A stretch of 64,000 nt of DNA, taken from positions 4,800,001-4,864,000 of the forward strand of contig CM000152.2 in the NCBI GenBank assembly GCA_000004695.1, in the 5' to 3' direction. Position 1 is the first letter of the stretch. Every line of letters starts with the position of its first letter. Position numbers and translations under genes: made by a program. This document shows positions 10,538 to 23,100 of this stretch, in pieces. The stretch comes from Dictyostelium discoideum. Its lineage: Eukaryota. The notes under the pieces are model-generated. The model worked only from the letters and a program-made list of their open reading frames with translations, was not told the DNA's origin and made no database searches.

Positions 10538-12581
10538 TTATTTCTTTTTTTGTTGTTGTGGTTGTTGTTTTTTTACATATCTATTCTTTTTAGTTTCTTT
10601 TTTCTTATTACTAAGTTTTGTTGTATTATTATTATTATTATTATTATTTGATTTATTATTATTATTACTATTATTTGATTTATTTATTTGTTGTTTTTTA
10701 TTTGGTTTTGATTCAGAATCTGATGATGATGTATCAGAATTTTTTCTTTTATTTGATTTTTGTTGTTGTTCTTCAGAATCTTTTGGAATTATATTTGATC
10801 TTTTCTTTAATTTTGCAACATAGAAACCATCCATATTGTGAGTATGTGGATAGTAACGTTTGGTGAGAGCTAAAGATGGATGGAAACGACTTTCTCTGAA
10901 AGATGTGAAACCATCAACACCAAATTCAATTGTAGTATCAACTACAATGACATCACGATTACGAAGTGCATAATCGACAACAGCTTCATTTTCTTCAACA
11001 GTGAGAGAACAAGTTGAATAAACAATGATACCACCAGTTGGAGAAGAGGCATCAACTGAATCGATAGCTTTAAGTAATAATTCTTTTTGAGTGTGAGTAC
11101 AAGTGATAACATCTTGTTCACTCTTTGAGATTTTAATTTGTGGATCCTTTGAAATGACACCCAAACCAACGCATGGAGCATCAACGAGTACACGATCGAA
11201 ACCACTAAGAACTGATGGATATTGACGACCATCCAAATTTGAGACCATGCAATTCTTTACACCCAAACGATGAATATTTGCAACCAATGATTTAATTCTA
11301 TCCTTGTTTACATCATTGGCAACCAATGTACCAGTGTTTTTCATCATTGCGGCAATGTAAGTGGTTTTACCACCTGGGGAGGCACACATATCTAAAACAC
11401 GTTCATTTGGTTGTGGTGCCAATGCTAATACCGGTAAGAATGAACTTGCACTTTGTTGGATGTATTGACCTGCTAAATACTCTGGAGTGGCACCAATGGC
11501 TACTTGAGTATCGTAAATTGTTAAACCAACTTGTGACCATTTGATTGGCTCTAAATGAACACCACGAGCAATCAATGCCTCTGCCAAATCCTTTCTACGA
11601 ACCTTGAGTGTGTTGGCTCTGATGGTCAATGGACGATGAGTTTCGTTGGCTTCAAAGAACTCCAATGCCTCTGATGCGTTGAAAATCTTTAAAAATACCT
11701 CTGCTAACCATTGTGAATATCCAAAGTAGGTGCAAATATCCTCTCTTAAACGATCCATATAGGTTTGTCTTGAGATACCTTGTTTTCTTTGTTGACCAAA
11801 GTTTTCCAATGTTTGAATTACATCTTTAATTCTTTGATATACCATTGGTAAATCAACATTTAATAAATTATCTTTCTTTTCTTCTGATTCATCTTCTTCC
11901 ACATCACCATCTGATCCATCTTCTGATTCTGATGTATCCTCTGGTTCTGATGATTGATCACCTTGTGTTGGATCAAATTTATCTGCTTCTGGTATCTCTT
12001 TATTAAAATCACTTTGAATTTCTTTAATATTGTCTAATTCTTCTTTTCTTTTCTTTTGAACTAATTTTTTACTTTGAATATCAAAATTAGTTTTTTCATC
12101 ATCATCATCAGAATCTTCTTCATCTTCTTCTTCTTCATCTTCGTCATCTTCTCCTTTATTTTTCATTTTTAACCATTTTTGATTTTCATCTGAAAAACCT
12201 TTTGTATTCTTTTTATTAAAATCATCATCTGATTCTTCTTCTTCATCATCATCTGAATCCATTAATCTTTTTAAAGTTAAATTTTAAATAAAAAAAAAAA
12301 AAACTATTAGTATTTCAATTTTAAAATGAAAAAAATTATTATAAAAATGTATCTTTTAATATTTACTTTGATTTCTTTGTTGGTGTTTCAGAGGAAACTT
12401 CTTCAAAGTCAGAGTCTTCTTCTTCTGATTCTGATTCTTGAACAATTGGTTTTTTTGAAGGGATAACAGTTTTGGTAACTTTTTTAGTTGCAAGTGGAGC
12501 TGGTGTTGCTGTGGTTTTCTTGGCTCCAACTAATTTCTTACCAGTTGGTGCTTTTATTGGTGCTACTGATTTCTTATTCAT
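10538..12581 (-). CDS. nop2: Nucleolar rRNA (cytosine-C5)-methyltransferase Nop2/NOL1 (NOP2/Sun family). Exon 2 is 10538..12266. Proposed exon 1 is 12367..12581, intron 12267..12366.
   Basis: Exon 2: ...LDMCASPGGKTTYIAAMMKNTG...FDRVLVDAPCVGLGVISKDP...IVYSTCSLTVEENE... is collinear with yeast and human Nop2 (SAM-binding and catalytic Cys motifs). Exon 1 is the small ORF 12363..12581 (MNKKSVAPIKAPTGKK...EEEDSDFEEVSSETPTKKS). It has a GTAAAT donor exactly at its end. A (T)nAAAAAG acceptor lies 6 bp before the annotated ATG. Phase 2+1 is in frame and gives ...TPTKKS-K-L-MDSDDDEEE... This resembles the basic-then-acidic N-terminus of Nop2 orthologs. Confidence 0.8.
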
Positions 12582-13060
12582 TTTTTGTTTTATTATATGT
12601 AAAATTATATTATTATTTTATATTTTAATTATATAATAAAATTATAACAATAAATGAGATTTGTTCGAATTTTTAAAATAAAAAAACGAATGAAAAAACG
12701 ACAAAAAAATTTTCAATTTTATAAAAAAAAAAAAAATAAAAAAAATAAAAAAAATTTGGAAAAAAAAAAAAAAAAATAAAAATAATAAATAAATAAAAAT
12801 AAACCAATTCCGATTGTTATCTTATCTTCTTTTTTTATTTTTATCTCTTTCTTGGTTTACTTATTAATTTATTATTTTATTTATTTATTAATTAATTAAT
12901 TTTTTTTTAAAAAAAAATTTATTTATTTATTTTCTTATTTTTTTATTTATTAATTAATTATATAATTAATTAATTTATTTGTTTTTTTATTTATTTATTT
13001 ATTATTTTTTTATTTATTTATTATTAAAATCTACCTAAAATTATTTAATCAGAAATATTG

Positions 13061-13101
<41 letters not shown>

Positions 13102-13370
13102 TAAAAACCTCAACAAATGAAAAAAATTAAGATTTAAAGAATAAATATGCTAATATATTTTTTTCAAGAAAAAATTTGTTTATGTAAAAATGTTTAAAAA
13201 AAAAAAAAAAAAAAAAAAAATATAAAGTTATCTCTATGAAAAAATATAGTTTGAAAATTTGAAAAATTTGTTTTGGTTTTTTTCAAATTTTTTTAATTCA
13301 CCCCTCCTTTTTTTTTTTTATTTTTTTTTTTTTTTCTTTTCTAACTTAAATCTTTTAATTTTTTTTTTTA

Positions 13371-13407
<37 letters not shown>

Positions 13408-13505
13408 CATATAAAATTTCTTCTTTTATATTTTTTATTTATTTAATTTATATAACTTAAAAACACAAAAAAAAAAAAAAAAAAAAAAAAAAGAATAAAA
13501 AAAAA

Positions 13506-13887
13506 ATGTCAATCAATAGAATTAAAGAAAATATAAATAATAAATCAAAATTTGAACAAGAAGATGATATTGATGGTATTCCAATTAATAAAGTAGCGAT
13601 ATTACCATTTGGGATGAGCGAAAAAAAGTTGGCACCAAGTACCATGAGTAAAGTTACCAACGAAAAGATAAAAGATTTAACAAGTAATACATCATCACAA
13701 TTAAAGTCTCAACTTCAATCACAAAAAAGAAAAGACGAATCAGATTCAAAATTAAAAAAAGAAAATTCAGAGATTAATAAAGTTTATAATGATTTCCTTA
13801 GTGAACATGAAAATAAACCAACTGATACTCCAAAATTTGTAAAAGGTGGTACTTTTATATTATCAGATGATATAAATGATGATGATG

Positions 13888-13921
<34 letters not shown>

Positions 13922-16440
13922 TGAAACTTCAAATCAACCACCAAAAGAATTAAATAGAGATACAAAAGATCATCGTTGTGGTAATGATAGAGATCGTGAT
14001 AGTGGATCGTGATAGTAGAGATAGTTATAGAGATAGGGATAGGGATCGTGATAGTAGAGATAGAGATCGTGATAGAGATTACCGTGGTGATAGGGATAGG
14101 GATAGAGATAGAGAAAGAGATCGTGACAGAGATAGAGAAAGAGATCGTGATAGAGAAAGAGATCGTGGTGATAGAGACAGAGACAGAGACAGAGACAGAG
14201 AAAGAGAAAGAGATAGAGACAGAGACAGAGAAAGAGATAGAGATAGAGAAAGAGATAGAGATAGAGACAGAGAAAGAGAGAGAGATCGTGATAGAGACTA
14301 CAGAGATAGAGATAGAGATTATAGAGATAGAGATAGAGACAGAGACAGAGACAGAGACAGAGACAGAGATAGGGACAGGGATAGAGATAGATATTCATCC
14401 TCATCATCATCAGCAGCAACAATACCATCATCAACAACAACAACAAATACAAATAATGAGGCACTACCACCACCTTCATCATCATCTTCATCATCTAAAA
14501 AGAAAGCACCAAGAACAATTGACACATTAAAGGATGAATTTAAACAAATTCAAGAAGAAAGAGAAAAAGACAAAAAATCAACAACATCATCATCATCAAC
14601 ATCATTGTCATCATCATCAGTTGAAGAGGAAACAGATGAAGAATATTATACAACATTATTTTTGGGTACATTATCAGTTGAATCGAATGAACAAGTTATT
14701 GATGAATTGTTTTCAACCTATGGTATTATTAATTCAATTAAAATCATTACACCAAAGAATGAAGATGATCGAAAACGTGGTATAAACTATTGTGCAATTG
14801 TAACCTATCAATTCCCAAGAGATGCCCATAATGCAATGAAAGATTTAACAGGTAAAAAATTATTAGGTCGTGAATTAAGAATTGGTTGGGCTAAAATTCA
14901 AGTTAAACAACCAAGAAATAATGAAATTAATAATTTTAATAATTACAATAATAATAATAATTTTTTTAATAACTCACATGGAATGGGTAATAAAAATAAT
15001 AATGGTCCAATTAAAATTCAAGTTCAAATACCTCAAAATTTATTTATAAAGAGTATTATTGATAATTTAGCATATTATGTATCGAAAGAGGGTTATCCAT
15101 TTGAAAAGTTAATACAAGAAAGAGAATATTCAAATATGAATTTTCAATTTCTATTCGATCATCAATCTGATGATTATTATTATTATAGTTGGAAAGTTTA
15201 CTCGTTAATTAATGGTGATACTAAAACTAATTGGAAATTAAAACCAATTGAAATGATTAAAGATTATTTAATATTTATACCACCAACAATTGATGATCAA
15301 CAGCTACAACAACAACAACAACAACAACAACAACCACATATACAAAATCCATCAACTATAGCATCCAATAGTAATATTCAACAACAACCACTTCCAATTT
15401 CATTACGTGTAAAATTTGAAGAATATGTAAAGAATTTAACAGCACAACGTGAAAAAGTTTGTGAGTTAATGGTAATGTCAATTGATAATTCAGATTATAG
15501 TTCAGATATTGTTGATATTATAGTTGGTTCATTCTTTGATTCAATTAGTAATTTAAATGGAAAAGAAAGTATAAACTCAAAGATTTCAAAACTTTATTTA
15601 ATATCTGATATATTACACAATTGTACAGTAAATGTTAAAAATGTTTCTTCTTATCGTGGTTTGTAAGTTTTTTTTTTTTTTTTTTTTTTTTATTCATTTA
15701 TTTATATTATTATTAATTTATAATTTTCTTTTATAATTAGATTTGAAAATAAGTTGGCATTGGTATTCCAAAATTTAAGTTCAACATATAGATCTATTGG
15801 TGGAAGAGTTTCAGCTCAAAATTTTAAAGAAAAAATAACAAAAGTATTAAATAGTTGGGATAAATCATCATTATATTCAAAATCATTTTTATTAGGATTA
15901 AGATTCACTTTTTCAATTTATGTTAAACCAACAACAACAGCAACAACAACAACAACAACACAAAATCAAAATATTGAAGAGGATGATGATATTGATGGTA
16001 TTCCAATTAATAGTGTTAAAAATGATGAAAATACTAAAAATAAAATATCAATGTCAACTCAACAAATTGATTTATATTGTAAAAATAATGGATTGGTTAA
16101 ATGTGATACCATTGAAGATACAATGGATAAAATCGATCAGTTTAAAAAGTGTTTGGCTCAAGAATCAGAGAAAGAGGATAAATTGCTAGCACATCAATTA
16201 TCAAAAGATATTTTGGATTCAATAGAAGATGAAATTGAAACTTATAAAAAGAAATTATCAATTAGTTCAAATAATGACTCCTCCTTCTCTCAAGAAAAGG
16301 AAATTTTAATAAATGAATATAGAGCCACTTTAATAAAAGCTGCTGCTTCTCAAAAAATATCATCACTCAAAAGAGATTTTGAAGTTGGAAATAATATTAA
16401 TAATTCCAATCGACAAACTAAACAACAAAGATATCAATAA
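13506..16440 (+). CDS. U2 snRNP-associated SURP protein (U2SURP/SR140-like splicing factor) with RRM, SURP and CID domains and an RD/RE dipeptide-repeat region. Exons 13506..15662 and 15741..16440. A frameshift at 13992..14017 interrupts the first exon.
   Basis: N-terminus KVAILPFGMSEKKLAPSTMSK...KVYNDFLSEHENKPTDTPKFVKGGT aligns with human U2SURP [22 protein letters not shown]...[60 protein letters not shown]...NYCAIVTYQFPRDAHNAMKDLTGKKLLGRELRIGWAK. SURP: IIDNLAYYVSKEGYPFEKLIQERE...FQFLFD. CID: split by a GTAAGT..TTAG intron after ...VSSYRG(L). RD/RE repeat of ~130 residues. The two long ORFs, 13506..14012 and 13978..15666, are in different frames and are joined only by a 1-nt shift inside the RD repeat. 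Confidence 0.8.
13992..14017 (+). repeat. 13-bp tandem duplication (GATCGTGATAGTG / GATCGTGATAGTA) inside the RD-repeat region. It frameshifts the SR140-like gene.
   Basis: Direct reading. Removing either copy restores one continuous frame (...GNDRDRDS-RDSYRDRDRD...). Confidence 0.85.
14020..14400 (+). repeat. Hexamer-based coding repeat (AGAGAT/AGGGAT/AGAGAC/AGAGAA)n encoding about 130 residues of (RD)n/(RE)n.
   Basis: Direct reading. The antisense and shifted frames give the spurious ORFs 13970..14494(-), 14009..14530(+) and 14319..14525(-). Confidence 0.9.
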
Positions 16441-16452
16441 TAAATTTTAAAA

Positions 16453-16502
<50 letters not shown>

Positions 16503-16614
16503 AAATAATAATTAACTCACAAATGATTAAAATCTAAAAAAAAAAAAAAAAAAAACCATATATTTATTAGGGGGTGGTTGTGAAATTAATTTTTTGTATT
16601 TTATTTTCAATTTT

Positions 16615-17211
16615 TTAATTATTAGAAACTAATAGACTCTTTGAAACAGTTGAACCAGCAACCAAAGAAAAGCTACTTCCTAAATTTTTAAAATTAACAC
16701 CATTAGTTTGAAGGGCAAGTAACCATGATCCTCTAAAATCAAAGCCTAAACCAAATTTTGACAAATAGGTTTTTAAATCTCCACCCATGGAAAGTGATGA
16801 ATCGTCATTTGAGACCATAGCAACTACCCAACCTGGTGAAAATGATTCAATTTCTTTTAACCAACTGAGTAAGTTGGTTGATGGAGTTTCAGGTTCTTTG
16901 ACCCAATGGTGAGTATCTTCAGCTAAAATTTTTAATGTTTTAACGTCATTTGGATTAAATGCAATTGCAGTAACTCCTCTTGATTTGGCCAATATTTGTT
17001 GTGTACCAATTGAAATAAAAGAAGTTTCATATGTACTCTGAAACTTAATTTTGTTTAATTAATATAAATGAAAAAAAAGTATTATTATTAAAAAACGAAT
17101 ACTTACACCAACTGATTGTAACGTAATTGGTATTTGCTCTCCGCAATAAACCAATGATTTAGAATTTAAAAAAATAATAAAAACTAAAGAAATAATTAAG
17201 TTTGTCTTCAT
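16615..17211 (-). CDS. Secreted hypothetical protein, paralog A. Exons 17107..17211 (signal peptide) and 16615..17037.
   Basis: Exon 1 MKTNLIISLVFIIFLNSKSLVYCGEQIPITLQSVG ends at a GTAAGT donor. (T)nCAG acceptor, phase 0. Mature part STYETSFISIGTQQILAKSRGVTAIAFNP...DDSSLSMGGD...FRGSWLLALQTNG is clearly homologous to the neighbouring plus-strand gene. Confidence 0.6.
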
Positions 17212-17529
17212 TTTGTAAATATATTAATAATCAATCTAAATATATTAATATATAATTGTTTGAAATACTTTTTAATTTGAAAATTATAATTTTTTTTTTT
17301 TTTTTTTATTTGTTTTTAAAATTATTAATTTTTGAATTATTTTTTGGTTATTTTTTTTTTTTTTTTTTTTTTTTAATATTGATCAGTTTATAATCACAAA
17401 TTCTAACAACCAACACCAATAAAATTTAAATAATCAATATTGTATTAAATTTTAATTGTTTTTTTTTTAAAAATGTGTTAAATAAAGTATACACATAAAA
17501 AACACACCACCAAAACTATTTTTATTATT

Positions 17530-17710
17530 TTTTTTCCCAAAAACCCAAGTGATTCTTTCTTCAAAAAAACAGTTTTACTTTTTTCAGAAGCTCCTGATTC
17601 TGGATCTATATTTTTTTATTTTTTTTCCTAAAAACCCAAGTGGTCCATTCTTCAAAAAAAACAGTTTTACCTTTTTCAGAAGCTCCTGATTTTCGATCTA
17701 TATTTTTTCA
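17530..17710. repeat. Two tandem copies of a ~91-bp element in the shared promoter region of the divergent secreted-paralog pair.
   Basis: cccaaaaacccaagtgattctttcttcaaaaaaacagttttacttttttcagaagctcctgattctggatctatattttttt then cctaaaaacccaagtggtccattcttcaaaaaaaacagttttacctttttcagaagctcctgattttcgatctatatttttt. About 90% identical. Confidence 0.85.
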
Positions 17711-17815
17711 TATTGATTTGTAAAAATTCAATTAAATTATTGGGGTATCACCATAATGATAATACTTTCCAATTTTTGTTTTGTACTTGTCATGAAAATG
17801 TATTTTAATAATATA

Positions 17816-17865
<50 letters not shown>

Positions 17866-17954
17866 CATTCAAATATTTAAATAATTTTTTAATCAAATTC
17901 ATTCCATTACATTTAAAAAAATTGATTTATTTAAATTACAAAAAAAAAAAATAA

Positions 17955-18596
17955 ATGGAAATTAATAAAAATTATTTTTTATTGTTATTAATACTATTAA
18001 ACATTTCTAATTTTGTTTTAGGTGGTTCAATTAATCTTTCTTTAAGATCACAAGGAGTAAATTTTGGAGATAAAATATTATAATTTATTTAAAAAATTAA
18101 ATTTTACTCAATACTAATTAATATAAATATTTTTTTTTTTATCCTTTTTTTTTCAAAAAATAAAAAATAGCATAGCTCAATAAGAACTTCTTGGATTATT
18201 ATTGGTGAGAGAACATATTTATTGAATGGTCGTGGAATAAATGCATTTGCATTTGATCCATCAAATCCAAGTGTTGTAAAAATGTTAAAATCCGATACAT
18301 ATATGGAAGAGCCACCTTTTGTTAAAGACGTTTCAGTTGGTTTTACCAGCTTCGTCGGAGAGATTAAACCACGTAAAAACTGGGTAATTGCAATTGTTTC
18401 TTTAGATGATTCATATCTAAATATGAGTGAAGATGTTCGTCAATGGTTTAGAGGATATGGTATCTCTTTATCATATAGAGGTTCTTATGCATTAGTTTTA
18501 CAATCAAATGGCTTGGCTCTTAATAAAATTGCAGGAAGTTCCTCAACTATTGAAGGATCAAGTTCTGTTTTAGAGTCTGTTATTGTTTCATATTAA
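17955..18596 (+). CDS. Secreted hypothetical protein, paralog B. Exons 17955..18056 (signal peptide) and 18171..18596.
   Basis: Exon 1 MEINKNYFLLLLILLNISNFVLGGSINLSLRSQG has a GTAAAT donor. AAAATAG acceptor, phase 0. Mature part HSSIRTSWIIIGERTYLLNGRGINAFAFDP...LDDSYLNMSEDV...YRGSYALVLQSNG shares the RG-x-A-AF-P, DDS-L-M and RGS-LQ-NG blocks and the exon structure with paralog A. The two genes are head-to-head, about 740 bp apart. Confidence 0.6.
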
Positions 18597-18961
18597 AAAT
18601 TAAAATAAATAAAATGTTTTCTTTTTAAAAATTTAATACGAATTTGGATACTTTTTTACTTTATTGGTTTTAATGGCTAATGAAACATAAATTTCCATGT
18701 TGCAACTGTTTTTTAAATAATTTGTTGGTTTGATTTAATTGAAAATAATAAAAAAAAACCAAGCAATTGGAGTGGTAATAACAATAAATTTACAAAGCCC
18801 ATGATTTTTTTTTTTTTTTTTTTTTTAATTGGGGAATAAAAAAAAAAAAAAAAAAACCAAACAACCAGTTCCAAATAAAGTTTTACAAAAATGTTTATTT
18901 TATTTAAAATTATTTAATTTTTATTTAATTTAATTTCAAATTATAATAATTGAACCTTAGG

Positions 18962-19022
<61 letters not shown>

Positions 19023-19673
19023 AAAATTACAAAAAAAAAAAAAAAAATAATAAAAATAATAATAATTAAAAAAAAAAAAAATTTGTAAAGATCTTTACAC
19101 ACACCTAAATTATTTATTTAATAGTCCTTTTCATTTTTTTATCATTTTTTTTTATCAATATTTTATTTATTTTATTTATTTTATTTTTTTATTTATTTTT
19201 TATTTTTTTTTTTTTAATTTTTATTTTATTTTTTTTTTTTTTTTTTGTTCCACTTAAAAAATTCAAAAATAAACTTATCTTTTTTTTTTTTTTTTTTCTT
19301 AATATTTTAAAATTTCTTTTTTCATCCTTTTTTAAAACCTGTATATAATAATAACAATAATAATATTTTAAAAACATAGAATAATTTTCTTTTTTTTGTA
19401 TAACTTTTTTTTTTTTTTTTTTTTTTTTTTGTATAATTTTTTTTTTTTTTTTTTTTTTTTTTAAGCATATTTATTTGTACATAGAAAAACAACACATCAG
19501 TATTTTGCGCGCGCCAATAAAATAAAAATTAAAAAATTAAAAAATTAAAAAATTTATAGGAATAAATAGTTCATATTCAATAACAAATAATAAAATAACA
19601 TTCAACAATAGTAATACTAGTATCATACCAATAAAAATATAATAATAACAATAATAATAGCAAATATTACAAT

Positions 19674-20465
19674 ATGGAATCACCTGTTGTAGAGGGTAAT
19701 AGTGGCGAAGTTGCAACACCAACACTTCCACAACCACCAACACCAGTTAGTAGCAATATTAGGGTTGTATGTAGAGTAAGACCATTAACTGAATTGGAGA
19801 AAGGAAGAAACGAACATTCTATTGTACATTTTTTCGATTCAAAGTCTATCTCAATTAGAGCCAATGGTCCTCAATTTACATTCGATCGTATCTTTGGTTA
19901 CCAAGAGACACAATCTCAAATATTTGAAGATGTTGCAGAACCTATAGTAAATGATTTCTTGGATGGTTATCATGGTACAATTATTGCATATGGTCAAACT
20001 GCATCAGGTTAGTTTTTTTTTTTTTTTTATTTATTTATTTATTATATATTTACTAATAATTAATTTATAATTACAGGTAAAACATTTACAATGGTTGGTG
20101 ATCCAGATTCACATGGTATCATTCCTAGAGTTATCGAGAGTATTTTTGTGGGTATTTCAAAGATGAGAGAAAAAGATACTTCATTATCACTTGCATTTTG
20201 TTTGAAAATATCTGCATTGGAATTGTATAATGAGAAACTTTATGATCTTTATGATGCTTCAAAAAGTAATCTTAACATTAGAGAGCACAAACAAAATGGC
20301 ATCTATGTTGAAGGTATAAGTGAAATAGTTATCACAAGTATTGAAGAAGCATATAATTTTTTAAATATTTCAAATAATAATAGAGCAATTGCTTCAACAA
20401 GTATGTATTTATTTATATTATTATTTATTTGGGTTTATTTTAGGAAACTAATTTATTTATTTATT

Positions 20466-20508
<43 letters not shown>

Positions 20509-22495
20509 TTAAAAAAGAAATGAGTGCTGCAAGTTCAAGAAGTCATTCAGTATTAATGATTGAATTATCACAACAAAATTTATCAATGGAAAGTTCAAAA
20601 ATTTCAAAATTATTTTTGGTAGATTTAGCAGGTAGTGAGAGAGCACATAAAACTGGTGCAGAAGGTGATCGTATGCAAGAAGCAAAGAATATTAATTTAT
20701 CATTATCAGCATTGGGTAAAGTTATTAATGCATTGACATGTGGTGCAAACTATGTTCCATATCGTGATAGTAAACTCACTAGAGTTTTACAAGATTCATT
20801 AGGTGGTAACTCAAAGACATCACTAATCATCAATTGTTCACCAAGTAATAACAATGAACATGAAACCATTACAACACTTCAATTTGGTACACGTGCAAAA
20901 ACCATTAAAAATCAACCAAAGATTAACAAAAAAATCACATATCATGAATTAGAGTTATTCATCATTAAATTAGCTAAAGATTTAGAGAAAAGTCGTAAAG
21001 AGTGTGAAGAGATTACAAGAAGTAAAAATTTAGAGATTAATAATCTTTTAATTCAATTGGAAAATAATCAAAAAATGGTTGTAGAAAGTAATCAAAAGTT
21101 AGAGTTATTAAATAGTCAAATTTCAAGTAATCATTCATTTGATAATACTTTTAAAGAAATTGAAAATACTTGTGAAAATAGTAAAATCATTTTTGATGAT
21201 TTAAATGATCATATTAATAATAATAATAATGTTGATGAAAATAATAATACCAATAATAATGATAATAATAATAATGATAATAATAACAATAATCAATATC
21301 AAGAAGAATCAAATCAATATCAACAAGAAAATAATCAAAAAGATGGTGATCAAAATAATTCTAGCTTTGATTCAATTAAAGTTGAAGATTTAAGAGATTT
21401 AGATGATGAACCTGATATTGAGGATATAATTTTAAATAGTACTTTAGGCAATATTTCTGATGATGATGATGATGACGATGATCATCATAGCAACAATAAC
21501 AATGTAGATGATAATAATAATGGTGAAATCAATAACGATAGTGATGGTTATTTAAATCGTTCATTAAAAGATATTAAAATTCCCGAGATTTCTGATTTAA
21601 ATGATCACAACATTAATAATAATAACAACAACAACAACAACATAAACAATGATAACAATAGTAATAGTGGTGGTTTGAGAGTATCAACTTCTTATATTAC
21701 TTCATCACCAAATTTATCACCATCAAAGAGTATGGATGTCAATAATTCTCCTCCTCTCTTTAGCTATTTTAAAACTAAAGATTTTCCACCATCATCTGAT
21801 GAAAATGATAAGTTTTTTAATGATTTAATAGCCAAAGGAGAAAATGAACAACAACAACAACAACAACAACATAATGATGATGATGAAGATATTAAATCAA
21901 CCACCTCAAATGCAACAACAACAACTATAACTACAATAGATATGAATGCATCACATCCATCAGGTATTGATGATCCAATAGAGTTTACAATTATTAAATC
22001 TGATAAAACTATTACATCAACAATCGAAAGAGAAACCATTCAACCTTCTTCATTATCAAATTCTACATCACTTTTAGATATTGAAACTGTAGAATCTTCA
22101 ACATTACCAGCTCCCCCACCTGTTACAACTACTACAACCTTAACAACCGTTACAACTACTAAACTCACAAAAACAACAAATATACCATCAAATACAAATG
22201 ATATCAATAGCATTGATGATTTTGGTTTCTCAAAGATTGAAGAAGAGGGATCATCAAGCAATCGTAAACCAAATGATACTGCTATTCTTTCATTTGGCGA
22301 TGATGATGATGAAGAAAATGAGGATAATGAAAATGAAGATGTCATCGTTGATAGTGACGAAGATACTCACTCTGGTAAAAATAATTTATTAAATACATTT
22401 AAAAACGATCATCATCGTGGTGATTTTGGTGCAACTCCAACCAAATCAATATTTAACAAAAATGGAAATATTACAATTAAAGAATTTGAAACCCC

Positions 22496-22562
<67 letters not shown>

Positions 22563-23053
22563 CCCCTCATTCTTCAAACAACTTCCACTAATCCAACAAT
22601 CATTTCAATAAAAAGTAATAAAGAACCATCTCCATCATCATCAACAACAACATCAATTAAAAAAAAAAATTTTAACAAACGTAGATCCTGGATTATTTTT
22701 ACCATAATTTTAACCATAACTTTAGTTTCAAGCTCACTCTTATGTTTATATCTTCCAGAATATAAAGAAAGATTAGTCCAACGTAGAGGTTATTTGAATA
22801 AATTAGGAATCTATTCTGACTACCCAACAAATGAAAAAATATCACTCGCCCAACACAACCAAATTTCGTTAGCTAAAGAATTATATGGTGGAAACAGTAA
22901 ACAATATTATGATGAAATGTCAAGCTTTAATACTGCCTACAATCATTTAATTGAAATGAGTTTGTATTATTTTTTTTAAACTTTTAAGAAAAAAAAAAAA
23001 AAAAAAATACACACACTAATTTCTTTTCTTTTTTTTTTTTTTTATTTATTCAT

Positions 23054-23100
<47 letters not shown>

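Noticed and set aside
13970-14530. ORFs of Y/L/C repeats (minus) and I/E/V/T repeats (plus)
   Set aside because: Antisense and shifted-frame readings of the (AGAGAT)n RD-repeat of the SR140-like gene.
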